Below, piece by piece: positions 12,869 through 25,379 of a DNA stretch of 64,000 nt (position 1 is the first letter of the stretch; each line of letters opens with the position of its first letter). Under the pieces are notes generated by a model. The model was not told where the DNA came from. It did no database searches and saw nothing but the letters and a program-made list of their open reading frames with translations. Source of the stretch: Octopus sinensis (taxonomy: Eukaryota); contig NC_043012.1 in assembly GCF_006345805.1 (NCBI RefSeq), forward strand, positions 14,198,001 through 14,262,000. The letters run 5' to 3'. Position numbers and translations under genes: made by a program.

Positions 12869-13023
12869 CCAAAGGTCATCGAAACTCTATTATATCCATG
12901 GAAATGAGGAAGATTTAAAGGCACTGGATAGCAGAATCATTGGAGAAACTGGAGAAATTACTTGTGATATGAATTCAACAATGTTCTCAATATTTTTTCT
13001 CTCTGCTTGCATTTGTTGCATTT
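12869..13023 (+). CDS. Candidate exon ending in a signal-peptide-like or TM segment (…MNSTMFSIFFLSACICCI|)
   Basis: Acceptor ccttgcag| and donor T|gtaagc (phase 1). One frame is open across the exon, with ATG at 12969 followed by a hydrophobic stretch. Confidence 0.35.
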
Positions 13024-13121
13024 GTAAGCACACTATTAGTAATGATTTATTTATTTGTAAAGGCTGAAATGCTTTTCCTAACGATGGCGCTCTATCAACG
13101 CTAGGTGATGATATCTAAAAG

Positions 13122-13298
13122 CAGTGGCGTAACTAAACAGCTAGTGTGTGTGCCGCCCGGGATTTTCCTTGCGTTTGGAGCAACCCTGCCTACGTTTCCT
13201 CTATACATGCATATACAATAAACCCAAATGTACTGCCCCTTAAAACCATCGTCTAGAACAGATCCCTCTCCTAAATCCCGTGCCTAGCTACGCTACTG
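13122..13298. mobile_element. hAT-like MITE (177 bp)
   Basis: TIRs cagtggcgtaacta / tagctacgctactg, flanked by a near-identical 8-bp TSD tctaaaag / tttaaagg. Confidence 0.65.
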
Positions 13299-13674
13299 TT
13301 TAAAGGCCCTATTTCCAACACCAAATTGGCCAATGAAAAGGGTTTATTAAAATACCACAAATAATTCTATCCGATGCTGTAGCGAATTTTCCCTTTTCAC
13401 ACATGAATCAATATCTCATTATTCAGAATGCCATACCCTTCGAGGTCCATTGGCATGTTGCATTTGCAACTGACACGACAAATGTTCGGCTGAGAGATGT
13501 GCAGTAACATGAAATAAAATGTCTTGCCGAAGGGCGCACCACACTGCTCGGCCATTGATGCGTATCTAAGGCCTTATGATCGTAAACGCAGCTATCTGAA
13601 ATCTAGGCCTTCTCTCCAAAATAGATATCTACTTGCGTTTATTTATTCAAGTCTTTTTAGTCTATTGTTCTCTT

Positions 13675-14052
13675 ATATGTTTCAGTCATTTGACTGCGGC
13701 CATGCTGTAGCAGAACCATAAAGGGTTTTTTAATCGAAGTAATCGACGTCAGGGCTTATTCTTTGTAAGGCTAGTACTTATTCTATCGGTTTTCTACTGC
13801 CAAACTTCTAAGTTACAGGGACATAAACATGTCAACATCAAGCAACTGTGGAGGTACAAACACAGACAAAAATTCACACACACATATATATATACACACG
13901 ACGGATTTCCATCAGTTACCGTCTACCAAGTCCACTCACAGGACTTTGGTCGACCCGAAGCTATAGTAGAAGACACTCGTTCAAGGTATCACGCAGTGGG
14001 AGTGAACCCGGAACCATGTGGTTGGTAAACAAGCTTCTTACCACACACTCAC
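13675..14052 (-). mobile_element. SINE family A
   Basis: Reverse complement of the family A head and tail. Confidence 0.85.
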
Positions 14053-14459
14053 GCCTGCACCTATGAATTCCAATTTCAAACATTGGAACAGTTAATTATG
14101 ATTTCCATCACTTCCGGGTCTGTGAAATAAAATAGCTATAACACGCGCATTTCGACCATGCTAAAGTAATTTGCTACCTCGCGTTGGTACCAGATACAAA
14201 AGCAAAGCCCACGCTAAACATTGAGGTCTATGATTCACTCCATCTCCAAACTCTTTCATCCTCCTCTGTACACAGACACAGACAGACAGACAAACACACG
14301 CATAAACACACTCAGACACGCACACTCATACGTATACTCATATACATATTGCTCTCTCCTCTATGAATATCCGTAGTCATCATTGTGCTAGCAATGATTT
14401 CTCCGATTTTGTTCGTATCAGTCTCTAGCACTATAAGTGTAAAGACGTTGATAGCGTGC

Positions 14460-14890
14460 AATTTTTTTTATTGCCCACAAGAGGGGACAAACAAGGACAG
14501 ACAAAGGGATTAAGTCGATTATAACGACCCCAGTGCGTAACTGGTACTTATTTAATCGACCCCGAAAGGATGAAAGGCAAAGTCAACCGCGGTGAAATTT
14601 GAACTCAGAACGTAACGGCAGACGAAATACCTATTTCTTTACCAAAATAGAAGAAATACCTATTTCTTTACTACCCACAAGGAGCTACATACAGAGAGGA
14701 CAAACAAGGACAGACAAATGGATTAAGTCGATTATAACGACCCCAGTGCGTAATTGGTACTTATTTAATCGACCCCGAAAGGATGAAAGGCAAAGTCGAC
14801 CTCGGCGGAATTTGAACACAGAACGTAGCAGCAGACGAAATACCGGTAAGCATTTCGCCCGGGGTGCTAACGCTTCTGCCAGCTCGCCGC
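14460..14890 (-). mobile_element. Dimeric SINE family B (head + two bodies) with TSD
   Basis: Two tandem bodies, flanked by the direct repeat tgatagcgtgca. Confidence 0.85.
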
Positions 14891-15939
14891 CCTTTGATAG
14901 CGTGCAGTAGCCACCATTGTTAAATGAAGCCTTACATATGAAATAAAGTCATACTGAGAGTTTGAGGGAGGCTGGGGACATAAAATAAGAGAGAGAAAAA
15001 GAGGAAGGCAGATGACTTTTTGCAAGCAATAAAAGAGAGGAACTAAGAAATAACAAAAAAGTAAACACCCAAACGAGAAAATAAAGATTTAGAGAGACTG
15101 AGATAATTAGAATGGATCAGTTTTATGTGGTATGTGAACGAGATTATATGTCTCTGTGATGGACGAACCACCAGAGTTGTGAAAGTTAATGGGTCGGCAA
15201 CACGGAGTATTATAACATTCGAGAATAGAAAGAGAAATGCAGTGTTTCTGTGTGTGTGTTTGTGTATTCATGCATAAGGATATGTGCTTCTAAGTATATA
15301 TGTACGTTGATCTGCACATCTTCCTCTTTCTCTCTCTCTCTCTCTCTCTTTGTGCGCGTGTGCGTATGTGTATACATGCATGCATGCGTGTGCGTGTAAA
15401 TACATATGTGCATATATGTATATATATATGTATATATATACATATATATATATATATTATATATATATATATATATAATATATATATATATAATATATAT
15501 ATATATATTATATATATATATATAATAAACCTTTACATAAATAAATAACGTGAAATACACGAAGGGACGAGCAAAAAGACAAACGGGTCATTCAAAGCCT
15601 TCATTCTTCAGTCAGAAACTGATCCCTCATCGCAGATTTCGGCTGTTTAATTATATATGTATATAAAATTGGGATAAATTATGTACTTAAGTTGAAGCAC
15701 TAAAAATTAGTACGGTATTAACCGTACAAGTTCAAAATATGGTGAATAAAATCAAAATAAGCAACAGGATATCAAGAAGTGATGCAGTACGACCGTTTCA
15801 AGCGACTCCATTTAATTTAACAATGCAATAATTACATCAATTTAAATGCAGCTGAGGATAGCTCTGCATTTAAATTGATGCAATGATTGCATAGTTCAAA
15901 GAGTCGCACTGCATCACATCCTGTTGCTTACTTTGATGA

Positions 15940-15981
<42 letters not shown>

Positions 15982-16468
15982 AAGTGTGTGTGTGTGTGTG
16001 TGTGCGTGTGCCTCTGTGTCTGTGTGTGTGTGTGTGTATGTGTGTAAAATTCAAGGATCAAGCTGTAGGAAGATAGAGAACTTCAAGTAGTCTGTAGAAG
16101 ATATTAAAAACAACTTTCAGAAACGATAGTGGGTCATCGGCGCTGACGTTTGCGTGTTTTGCCCGTACGATAAACTGAAAAAAAGGCTATTTTATAGTTC
16201 ACGGTTAGCAGCTGGGGTTGCTGTATATGCGAATAAATATCCAAAAATTAGAGAATGGAATAGATAAAAATTCAGGTTACATATCTTTCATAGCTGGCAG
16301 AATCTCGGAAGTAGTAATTATCCAAATGAGGGGTAGACCGCAAACTACTCATCAGGTACGTTGAGAGTAATGTGCATATATAGTTTTATATATTTATGTA
16401 TATATGCAAAATCAGCGTGTAGATGCGTATATTTATACATGTCTCTATCCTTACATGTGGTTAAATTC

Positions 16469-16511
<43 letters not shown>

Positions 16512-16908
16512 GTAAATGAGTGTCTCTAAACAATCGCTGGACTCGTTAAAACAGTAGCTAAATCTCCCTCATATCAAACACACCGTTTTAACGCTAAGAA
16601 AACATACGTTATACAATGCAATCCTAGATACGCAAAAAGACAACTAGATGGTCACTGGCGGAAGAATTTTGATCATACTACTGCTCGGTCAAAATTTATC
16701 TCTGGTTTACAGAAGACTTTACACTATTTAGGGTGTTCATTATTCAGGTAGATATATATCCCGTAGTATACCCATTCTGTCAGCCTTTATCATATTTTTT
16801 ATCCTTCATTCGTTTCAGTCACACCAGTCCATCAGCTGTTGTCAAGCAGTAGTTGTGGTGGAGACAAACACAGACTCATATATACATACATACATACATA
16901 TACATATA

Positions 16909-17681
16909 GAGGATGCGATGGGCAAATTGTCGCCATTTTATAGGTTTAACCTTGCGCATACGCATGCTTGTTTTTTTATTTTGTCGACTACATAGTATAG
17001 TAGGGTCAACTGGGAACCGTCTGTGAAAAACACAGTACCATGACACAATTCACTCTGACAGAAGTTCGCACTACTTGGCATTTGCGCGGGAAACTCTAAT
17101 ACGAACATTGCAGAGTGTTTGGGTATCAATTTGTAGACAGATAATCTCAGGACATGTAACAAGAGTGATAAAAATCAAGCATCCAGTCAACATCATGAAC
17201 CTGTGTCCATTATAACATCATGGTGTTTGGAGTGATCACTAATGATGGCGACGTTATGCTTCCATTAATCTTCCTACGAGGCCTCAGGATCCACACGAGG
17301 CCTACATCAATTGCCTGGACGAGGTAGTGCTGCCCTGGGCGAAGTGGGTGCCTGCTGGAAAGCCCTATGTCTGGCAACAGGACTCTGCACGCACCATGCC
17401 ACAGAAGCAGGAGAACCCAGTCATGGCTGTCAAACAATTTCTGCGACCTTGAACTGAAGGAAAGGATTATGGCAGCATTCACCGTCCAGAAAAGTTACAG
17501 GAGATTCCGAAGTTGTCTAGAGGTCGTGGTTAAAACCAATTCTGATTTTATTGAATAAATTTTCTCTTTAGCATTTCAAGATACTTTTATGTAATTTTGG
17601 TAAATATATCTGCTAATATGAGATGTCAGTGTTATTGTCCTTTTTGCGTAATTTACACGACAGTTTCTTCACTGCACTCTG
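16909..17681 (+). mobile_element. Internally deleted Tc1/mariner-superfamily element
   Basis: Frameshifted transposase IMVFGVITNDG...YVWQQDSA.CH...LKERIMAAF. The termini are loosely TIR-like and flanked by TA. Confidence 0.75.
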
Positions 17682-17692
17682 TATATATATAT

Positions 17693-19585
17693 TGGAGCGG
17701 TTCAACTTCTCCAGGCGCCAACGCCGCCTCAACATCTCCCCGGCTGAGCTCTTGGCTCTTCGTTCCCTCCAACGGCGCGCTGACATTATCATCAAACCGG
17801 CTGACAAGGGTGGAGCTGTAGTGGTGTGGCGCGCGGACCTCTATAGGGCCGAGGCTTTCCGCCAACTCAATGACACCTCCTTCTATTCCCCTCTGCCCTC
17901 TAACCCCACACGTAGCTACCACAGACGGTATCCTCTACCGTCCAAGACCTCATCTCGTCCTCCCGTCTCCCCCGCACCGCATCCAACCTAATTGTGCGAA
18001 CCCCACGTACCCCCACCATTTACTTCCTCCCCAAAATCCACAAACCCAACAACCCTGGCCGCCCCATCGTCTCCGCCTGTAACTGCCCACGGAGCTCATC
18101 TCTAAATACCTCGACCGTGTCCTTGCCCCCCTAGTGGCATCTCTTCCCTCCCACATCCCGATACCAACCATGCTCTACGGCTTTTCAACTCTTTCTCCTT
18201 TCCTCCCGGCTCCTCCAAAATCCTTTTTACTATGGACATCCAAAGCCTCTATACTGTTATCCCTCACCACGAAGGACTGCAGGCCCTTCGACACTTTCTT
18301 GACCTCCGCTCTAACCCTGTACCTGACACCTCCACACTCATTCGTCTGGCCGAACTTGTCCTTACTCTGAACTGCTTCTCGTTCGCGGGCGAGTTCTACC
18401 ATCAGGTCTCGGGAGTGGCCATGGGAACGCGAATGGGCCCCAACTATGCGAACCTGTTCGTTGGCTATGTTGAGGCCCAAATATTCTCTAATTTCACTGG
18501 TCCCACTCCTGAACTATATGGTCGTTATTTGACGACATTATCGGTGCCACCTCACTCTCCCGCGAACATCTAGATTCCTTCCTCTCTTTCGTCCAATCTT
18601 TCCATCCAGCCCTCCACTTCACTTCCACTATCTCCAACACCTCTGTCTCCTTCCTCGACATTTCGGTTAGCATTCTTCACTCCACTCTTACCACCTCCAT
18701 TCACTACAAACACACAGACTCACACTCATACCTCAACTTCTCTTCCTCCCACCCAGAACACACCAAGCTTTCCATCCCCTATTCCCAATTCCTCCGTCTA
18801 CGTAGGCTCTGTAGTGACGACCATGACTTTGAGACTCAGTCTCAACGTATGGCTCACCACTTCACCCTACGTGGATACCCCCTCACCACTATCCACACCG
18901 CCCTTGCCAGAGCACGGTCCGTGGACCGTGTATCTGCTCTCTCTCCCCGAACCCGCCCTGTAGTCTCCCGCCTCCCTTTTCCCCTCACTTACCACCCCAC
19001 GACCCTACGTCTCCAACGCACCATTCTTCGAGCTTTCCGTCATCTCCAGTCCGACCCGTCCACTTCACACCTCTTCCCTAACCGACCCCTCCCCTCTTTC
19101 AAACGAGCCCACAACCTTCGAGACCTTTTGGTCCATAGCTCCTTCCCTGACCCTACCTCCCAACCGGCTCGTTCCCCTGCTCCCGCCCACGTTGCCGCAC
19201 TTGCCCTTACCTCTCCAACACCACCCGCCTCACTAGCAACCACCATCGACCCTATCCCATCATCCACTCCTTCACCTGCACCTCCAGCAATATTATCTAT
19301 TGCATCTCTTGCTCTCTCTGCAATTCCTTGTACATCGGACAAACGGGACGCCGCTTGGCTGACCGGTTCGCGGAACACCTTCGTGACATCCACCTTGCGA
19401 ACGACACACCGGTCTCACGCCATTTCCGCTCCACCGGTCACTCCTTGCAACACCTATCTGTGTTCGGTTTGTCCTTACACAGAGGCCATCCGGATTCCCG
19501 TTTGCGCCGTGAACAGGAATTAATCTTCTCTCTTCGCTCTTATACGCCATTTGGTCTCAACTCTCCCCCCCCCCTCCTCATCTAA
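17693..19585 (+). mobile_element. Penelope-like retroelement ORF (RT + GIY-YIG endonuclease), Neptune-like, 5'-truncated, a few frameshifts
   Basis: Motifs IKPADKGGAVVVW, LPKIHKPNNPGRPIVSA, MDIQSLYT.IP, GVAMGTRMGPNYANLFVG, RY(F)DD (1-nt deletion at about 18528), FLDISV, Cys linker PCSRPRCRTC, and NIIYCISCSLCNSLYIGQTGRRLADRFAEH. Confidence 0.95.
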
Positions 19586-20130
19586 CCCCCCCTTCCCCCC
19601 TCCTCACCTATCCTTTCTCCCCCCGACCCCCCTACTTCTTCATCCTTCATCCTTTCACCCCTACTCCCCTTCCCTTCTTCCCTCTTTCTCCCTCCCTCTT
19701 CCCCTTCCCTCTGCTCCCTCACTCCCTCTCTCCCCCTCTCCCTCTTTCCTCCTCATTCATCCCCCTCCTCCCCTTCCTTCTCCCCCATCCTCTCCTCTTC
19801 CCCCTCTTCTCCCCCTCTCTCGCCCTCACCCTCTTCTCCTCACTACACCACATGACTTTACACATCACATCACATATGATGTGCCATACTAATACACACA
19901 CCAACTAATACATACTAATACGTACTAATACATACTAGTACATACTAATACTTACACCAACCCTATACATACACACGTCCAGACCCCGCATACGCACTTA
20001 TACTCTCTCACACACACACACACATACCTATACATACCAATACGTACTAATACATACTAATACATACTAATACATACACCAACCCCATACATACGCACGT
20101 CCAGACCAATCTTACGCACTAATACTCTCT

Positions 20131-20175
<45 letters not shown>

Positions 20176-20545
20176 ATACATACTAATACATACACCAACC
20201 CTATACATACATACATCCAGGCCCCTCCCACGCACTTTTAGCTGGTCCCTCAACCCATTTATCAACCCTATTATCTCCCCTTATTTCGCTCTCGCGTCTC
20301 ATGTTTGATCTTTGACCTCTGGCCGAAATCAGATCGCCATGTTGATTCGTTAGCTACTGCACGCATTTTTTTTCTCTCCTTCTTTCTGTGTTTTTCTCTC
20401 TCTGTGTATCTTTCTGTTGAAGAGCGTAGGCTCGAAACGTTAAAGACTTGTTTTATTTATATTTCCTGAGCGCCATACTAATACAATTGTTCGTTTGTTT
20501 TCCACCTGCCTTCGTCTTTTGTTTATTTTCATAAAGCTTCCCGTT
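19586..20545 (+). mobile_element. 3' UTR and pLTR of the PLE: C/T-rich tract, about 110-bp tandem units, pLTR family P1
   Basis: Pyrimidine tract 19560-19850; repeated catactaata...ccaaccctatacatac...gtccag units 19880-20225; pLTR ending in (TA)n. Confidence 0.75.
20410..20447 (+). ncRNA. Variant minimal hammerhead (CUGUUGA core) in the PLE pLTR
   Basis: CTTT-CTGTTGA-A-GAGC-gtag-GCTC-GAAAC-GTT-AAAG. Stems I and II pair perfectly, and stem III is the palindrome ACGT. Confidence 0.6.
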
Positions 20546-20711
20546 ATATATATATATATATATATATGTTTGTAGAATTCTGTACATAATATCATTCATG
20601 CGCAAGTATTTATAGGCTAAATATGACACTGGCACTCACACAAATTATAGTACATGCACATATACAAACATCAGGCATACATACACACACGCGTGTGCGT
20701 ATGTATATAGG

Positions 20712-20812
<101 letters not shown>

Positions 20813-21380
20813 CTTTATGAAATGATACGTGGAACAGAAGTAATACAAATATTCAATTATAAGTGTAATTTTGTTTGAAACCATTCATGAATAAATAATA
20901 TGTATAAACACATCATTTCTAAATTGAATGTACTTTAACAGTGAAAGATTGAACTGTTTACAAAAACATACCCACACAGCAACACACATATGCATACACA
21001 CATATTTATATATATAAATATAAATATACAAAGCGAGAGGAGGAGAAGGGGAGAGAGGGGGAGATAGGAGAGTTATGCATGTACAAGATGTCCCCCAGCG
21101 CTGTATGTGCACTTTAGCAGCTTTTAACTCAATTAAATATCCTATTTAGCTTTGAACGAAATATATATATCACAACGTGCTAGTAGAACGAAATGAAATG
21201 AAAAAAACAGTTTGGGGGAGAGTTTTTAAGAGATATACCTCGCGGCTAGTAAGCTATTCAAGAACAAAAAAACGCCGTTAGTTTCTCGGTACTACTTAAA
21301 TACAGAGGTCCCTATGCATCTGCGTAACGATATGAAGGCGAGGGTGAGTTTTTAGGCTTAGTTTTAGGGTTAGTTTGTAT

Positions 21381-21790
21381 AGGAGTGGCTGTGTGGTAAG
21401 TAGCTTGCTTACCAACCACATGGTTCCAGATTCAGTCCCACTGCGTGGCAACTTGGGCAAGTGTCTTCTACTATAGCCTCGGGCCGATCAAAGCCTTGTG
21501 AGTGGATTTGGTAGACGGAAACTGAAAGAAGCCCGTCGTGTATATGTATCTGTATATGTGTATATTTGTGCGTTGTGTTTGTGTGTTGTGTTTGCCCCCC
21601 CCCCCACATTGCTTGACAACCGATGCTGGTGTGTTTACGTCCCCGTAACTTAGCGGTTTGGCAAAAGAGATCGATAGGATAAGTACTAGGCTTACAAAGA
21701 ATAAGTCCTGGGGTCGATTTCCTCGACTAAAGGCGGTGCTCCAGCATGGCCACAGTCAAATGACTGAAACAAGTAAATGAGTAAATGAGT
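21381..21790 (+). mobile_element. SINE family A, full length
   Basis: High similarity to 9361-9798. Confidence 0.9.
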
Positions 21791-22394
21791 ATGAGAAAAT
21801 ATATAACGTTCACCTGCCATGTCACATTTCTTTCTCTTTATATTTTTCAAATATTTCGAATAGTTTACCTTTATCCATTTTCCTAAATAAAACTTGAAAT
21901 TTTTTATTGATGTTTTGTACTGTATTTTAGACTCTTTTGTTTTTTGAAAACATTTTTGTCGCATCGCTTTCAATGTAGATCTTAGATAATTATTTTAATC
22001 TAGTTAAAGTATTCTAATTATTTTTTTCTTTTGTTTTTTCTTCATTCATTTGTAGAAACACAAGCTATGTGTAATTGTATCTATGCGTAGACAGACGTTA
22101 GAGTGAAATTTTGCCAAATAATTTATAATCGAAGTATGTACAGGTAAAATTAAATGAAACGGATATTTCTTCCCACTCTACTGGTTCCATTGAGTTGCTT
22201 TGCAAATTTTCCACGGAGGAAGTTTATTCAAACAATTGATGTTTCACTTGATACAAAGGAAACACACGTAGGTAGATGTTAATTACAGTTTTCTTGGGAA
22301 CCTTTTTAAAGATCTAATTCCTGTGATTCTCAATGAGAGTTCCCATCAGGAATATGATATATTTTGTATTATACATATATTAAAGGCACATATA

Positions 22395-22745
22395 TGGCTG
22401 TGTGGTAGGAAGCTTGCTTCCCAACCACATGGTTCCGGGTTCAGTTCCACTGCGTGGCGCCTTGACAGGCTGTCTTCTACTATAGTCTCTGGCTGACCAA
22501 AGTCTTGTGAGTGTATTTCATAGGCGGAAACTGAAAGAAGCCCGTCGTGTGTGTGTGTGTGTGTGTATGTATGTGGATTTATGGGTGCGTACTTGTGTTT
22601 ATACTTTCCCCACCACCACCGTTTCACAACCAATCTTGTGATGTTTACCTCCCCGTAACTTTGCGACTCGGCAAAACGGACTGATAGAATAAGTACTAGG
22701 CTTTAAAAAAGCATAGCTCCAGTCAAATTTATGAAACAAGTAAAA
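22395..22745 (+). mobile_element. SINE family A, diverged
   Basis: Head, body and shortened tail are recognisable. Confidence 0.8.
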
Positions 22746-23419
22746 GATAGGTGGTAAATGTGATATACCATGTTCATATATTCTAATGTTTTCTATACTG
22801 TTCGTGATTTTGCATTTCGTTTGTCACCTTTTGCGTAGAACTAATTATTTACTTTAGAAATTCAATATTTCTAATTTTGGTGATCAGTGAATTGATTTCA
22901 CTGAAAATATATATATTTGCGGAGGCTTGGCATACATCTCAACTAGCAGGCCTTGCTACCCTAGATTGATGACGAGCAAGACTCAGAAACATGCATGTCC
23001 CTAGGTGCAGGCCCTAGCTAGTGGGGGTGCTTGTCTCCCCTTCGCAAATATAAGGACACAGGAAATGTGTCAAAGCCGACAGGAAGCGTCGATGCTTCCT
23101 AGGGCTAAATAGCAGTGGTGTGATTCCCTTTACAGGACTGTCAGGTTAAATTGAGGGTATACAACCACTCTAATTATTTACTATTCAATGTAAAATATGA
23201 GACCATGATTCAAATTCATTATTTGTATTGTATAAGGATTAGTGTTACGAGCAGTTCGTATAGTTAGCGAGTGGGACAAAATGTATTGCGGTATCCGTTC
23301 CGTCTCTTCAGGTTCTGTAGTCAAATCCCACCAAAGAGAATTTTGCTTTTCATCCCTTCATGGCTCTTCATTTAAACACTGAAGGCGAAAGTAGCCACTT
23401 ATGCACTGCCTTGAATCTC

Positions 23420-23690
23420 AAGCTTTTTGCATCTATTCAAAACATCTTATGAGAAGATTATATTCATTCTTGGCAGACACGTTACAACGCCAGGCGAAAT
23501 GCGTGACCATATTTCGTCTGCCGTTACGTTCTGAGTTCAAATTCCGTCGAGGTCGACTTTGCCTTTCATCCTTTCGGAGTTGATAAATTAAGTACCAGTT
23601 ACGCATTGGGGTCGATATAATCGACTTAATCCCTTTGTCTGTCCTTGTTGGTCCCCTCTGTGTTTAGCCCCTTGTGAGTAGGAAAGAGAT
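23420..23690 (+). mobile_element. SINE family B
   Basis: Family B head, core and tail. Confidence 0.85.
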
Positions 23691-25229
23691 ATATATTGTT
23701 GCTCAACGCATATTAGAGGAAGAGTATTCGGGAAGTGGTCAGATTTAGTTAAATATATCTATTTTAGATTGATAAAATTCATTTTTCCATCCCCTACAGT
23801 GGCATACATCAGTATAGTTATATAATGTAGGTTATAGTTAATAGACAATTATAATTGTAGTTTGAGTGTACTTAATGCAAATTAAGATTAAGCTTTCGAA
23901 AATTGGGTATAAAAAACAAAGAGATACCCTCATCACAAAGCTTGACGAAATCGCTAAAAACTTAATTATTTCACTTTGGGTAAGATTATTCAAATTGGTG
24001 CGATATTATTTGATAAGGGTGAAACTGATATCGGTTGTTCAGGAGAAACATTGTACAGCACAACCAAATCCCATCACTGACCAACGCCCAAAGTCTGATT
24101 AAAGTAGGAAAATGGTGTCGTACGCACGTGTACTTTTCATACGGTTTTAGGAATGATTTCTAACATATTCCTGTCATATACACAGTAATTTTTCATCCTT
24201 TGCGTGACATAAACCCTTCTCCCTCTCTGTTTTCAGCCAGAAGTAAATGTTTAAAAACATTTGCTACCAATTCTAAATCTAAACAGTCACTTGCAATTCG
24301 TCGGTGACGGGAGAAGGCGACGCGACAAAATAACTGTAATTCGTAACAGATGAATTCTGAATTTTTTCCCTAGCAAACCACACCATTTTAAATGGACATT
24401 TAAAAATAGATCATTATATAATAAACTTTGTGGTATTTCCTTTATCGTCACGCTGAGGATATGGCGTGGAAATAGAAGGCTGTTAAATGATAAACGGGGA
24501 GTGAATGAGGGACAAATAAAACGAAAGAGAGTGGAAGGATGAGGTGTTTATGAGGCTGCACGCAGTGCACAGAAGACAGATTGATAAGAGGAGAAGGAAA
24601 ATAACAGGTGGCTGCAACACGTATTAAGGTCTCTGTATACATACATACTTAATATATGTAGCTGTGAGTGTGTATGTGTGTATGTACAAATATATAGTTA
24701 TATATGTATATACATATATTACATACTAATATGTTTAATACATATAAAACAGTATATGTTTACGCAATACATATAAAATACATATCTAAAATAAAGAGGC
24801 ATACATATATGTATATATATATCGAATCTCCCGCGAGTCAACATGGGATCTCTTGACAACAATGTAAGCTTCATTTAATTAAGTTATCTTTGACTCGATG
24901 AGTAGCTAACGGATTACCACCGTTTGTGTAATTACTACTTCCGAGGTTCTCATAGCAGTGAAACATATGCATCCTGGATTTAATCTACTCCATTCCCTAA
25001 TTTGGGATTTTTATTCGCGCACACAGCAACCCCAGCTGCTAACCGTGAACTATAAAATATTTTTTTTCAGCTTATCGAACTTCGATGTGGGAAAAATTTG
25101 CAATCATTTATTACGCCAATAAACCACTATCGTTTCTGAAAGTTGTTTTTTATACCGCCTACGTACTGTTCGATGCTTACTAACTCCTTACACATCAATC
25201 CTTGCACCTTACCTTCAAGTGCGCGTACA

Positions 25230-25270
<41 letters not shown>

Positions 25271-25307
25271 TACATACACACACACGCACACACACACACA
25301 TACACAC

Positions 25308-25351
<44 letters not shown>

Positions 25352-25379
25352 GGTGTGTACTCTCTTATACACACACGCA

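Noticed and set aside
16294-16355. Apparent phase 1 to 0 exon with good splice sites (GRISEVVIIQMRGRPQTTHQ)
   Set aside because: It lies within a dispersed repeat. A homologous copy occurs inverted at about 24890-25090, so the splice-like signals are probably repeat-derived.
16275-16360. CTGATGA-GTAGT...ACTAC...GAAAGATATGTA on the minus strand as a hammerhead
   Set aside because: About 21 nt separate stem II from GAAA and no stem I pairing was found in either copy.
19040-19393. Minus-strand ORFs across the PLE (also 17613-18480)
   Set aside because: They are antisense shadows of the GC-rich PLE ORF.
19880-20225. Repeat-spacer pattern resembling a CRISPR array
   Set aside because: This is eukaryotic DNA. 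The units are about 110-bp tandem repeats within a PLE 3' UTR, with no unique spacers and no cas genes.
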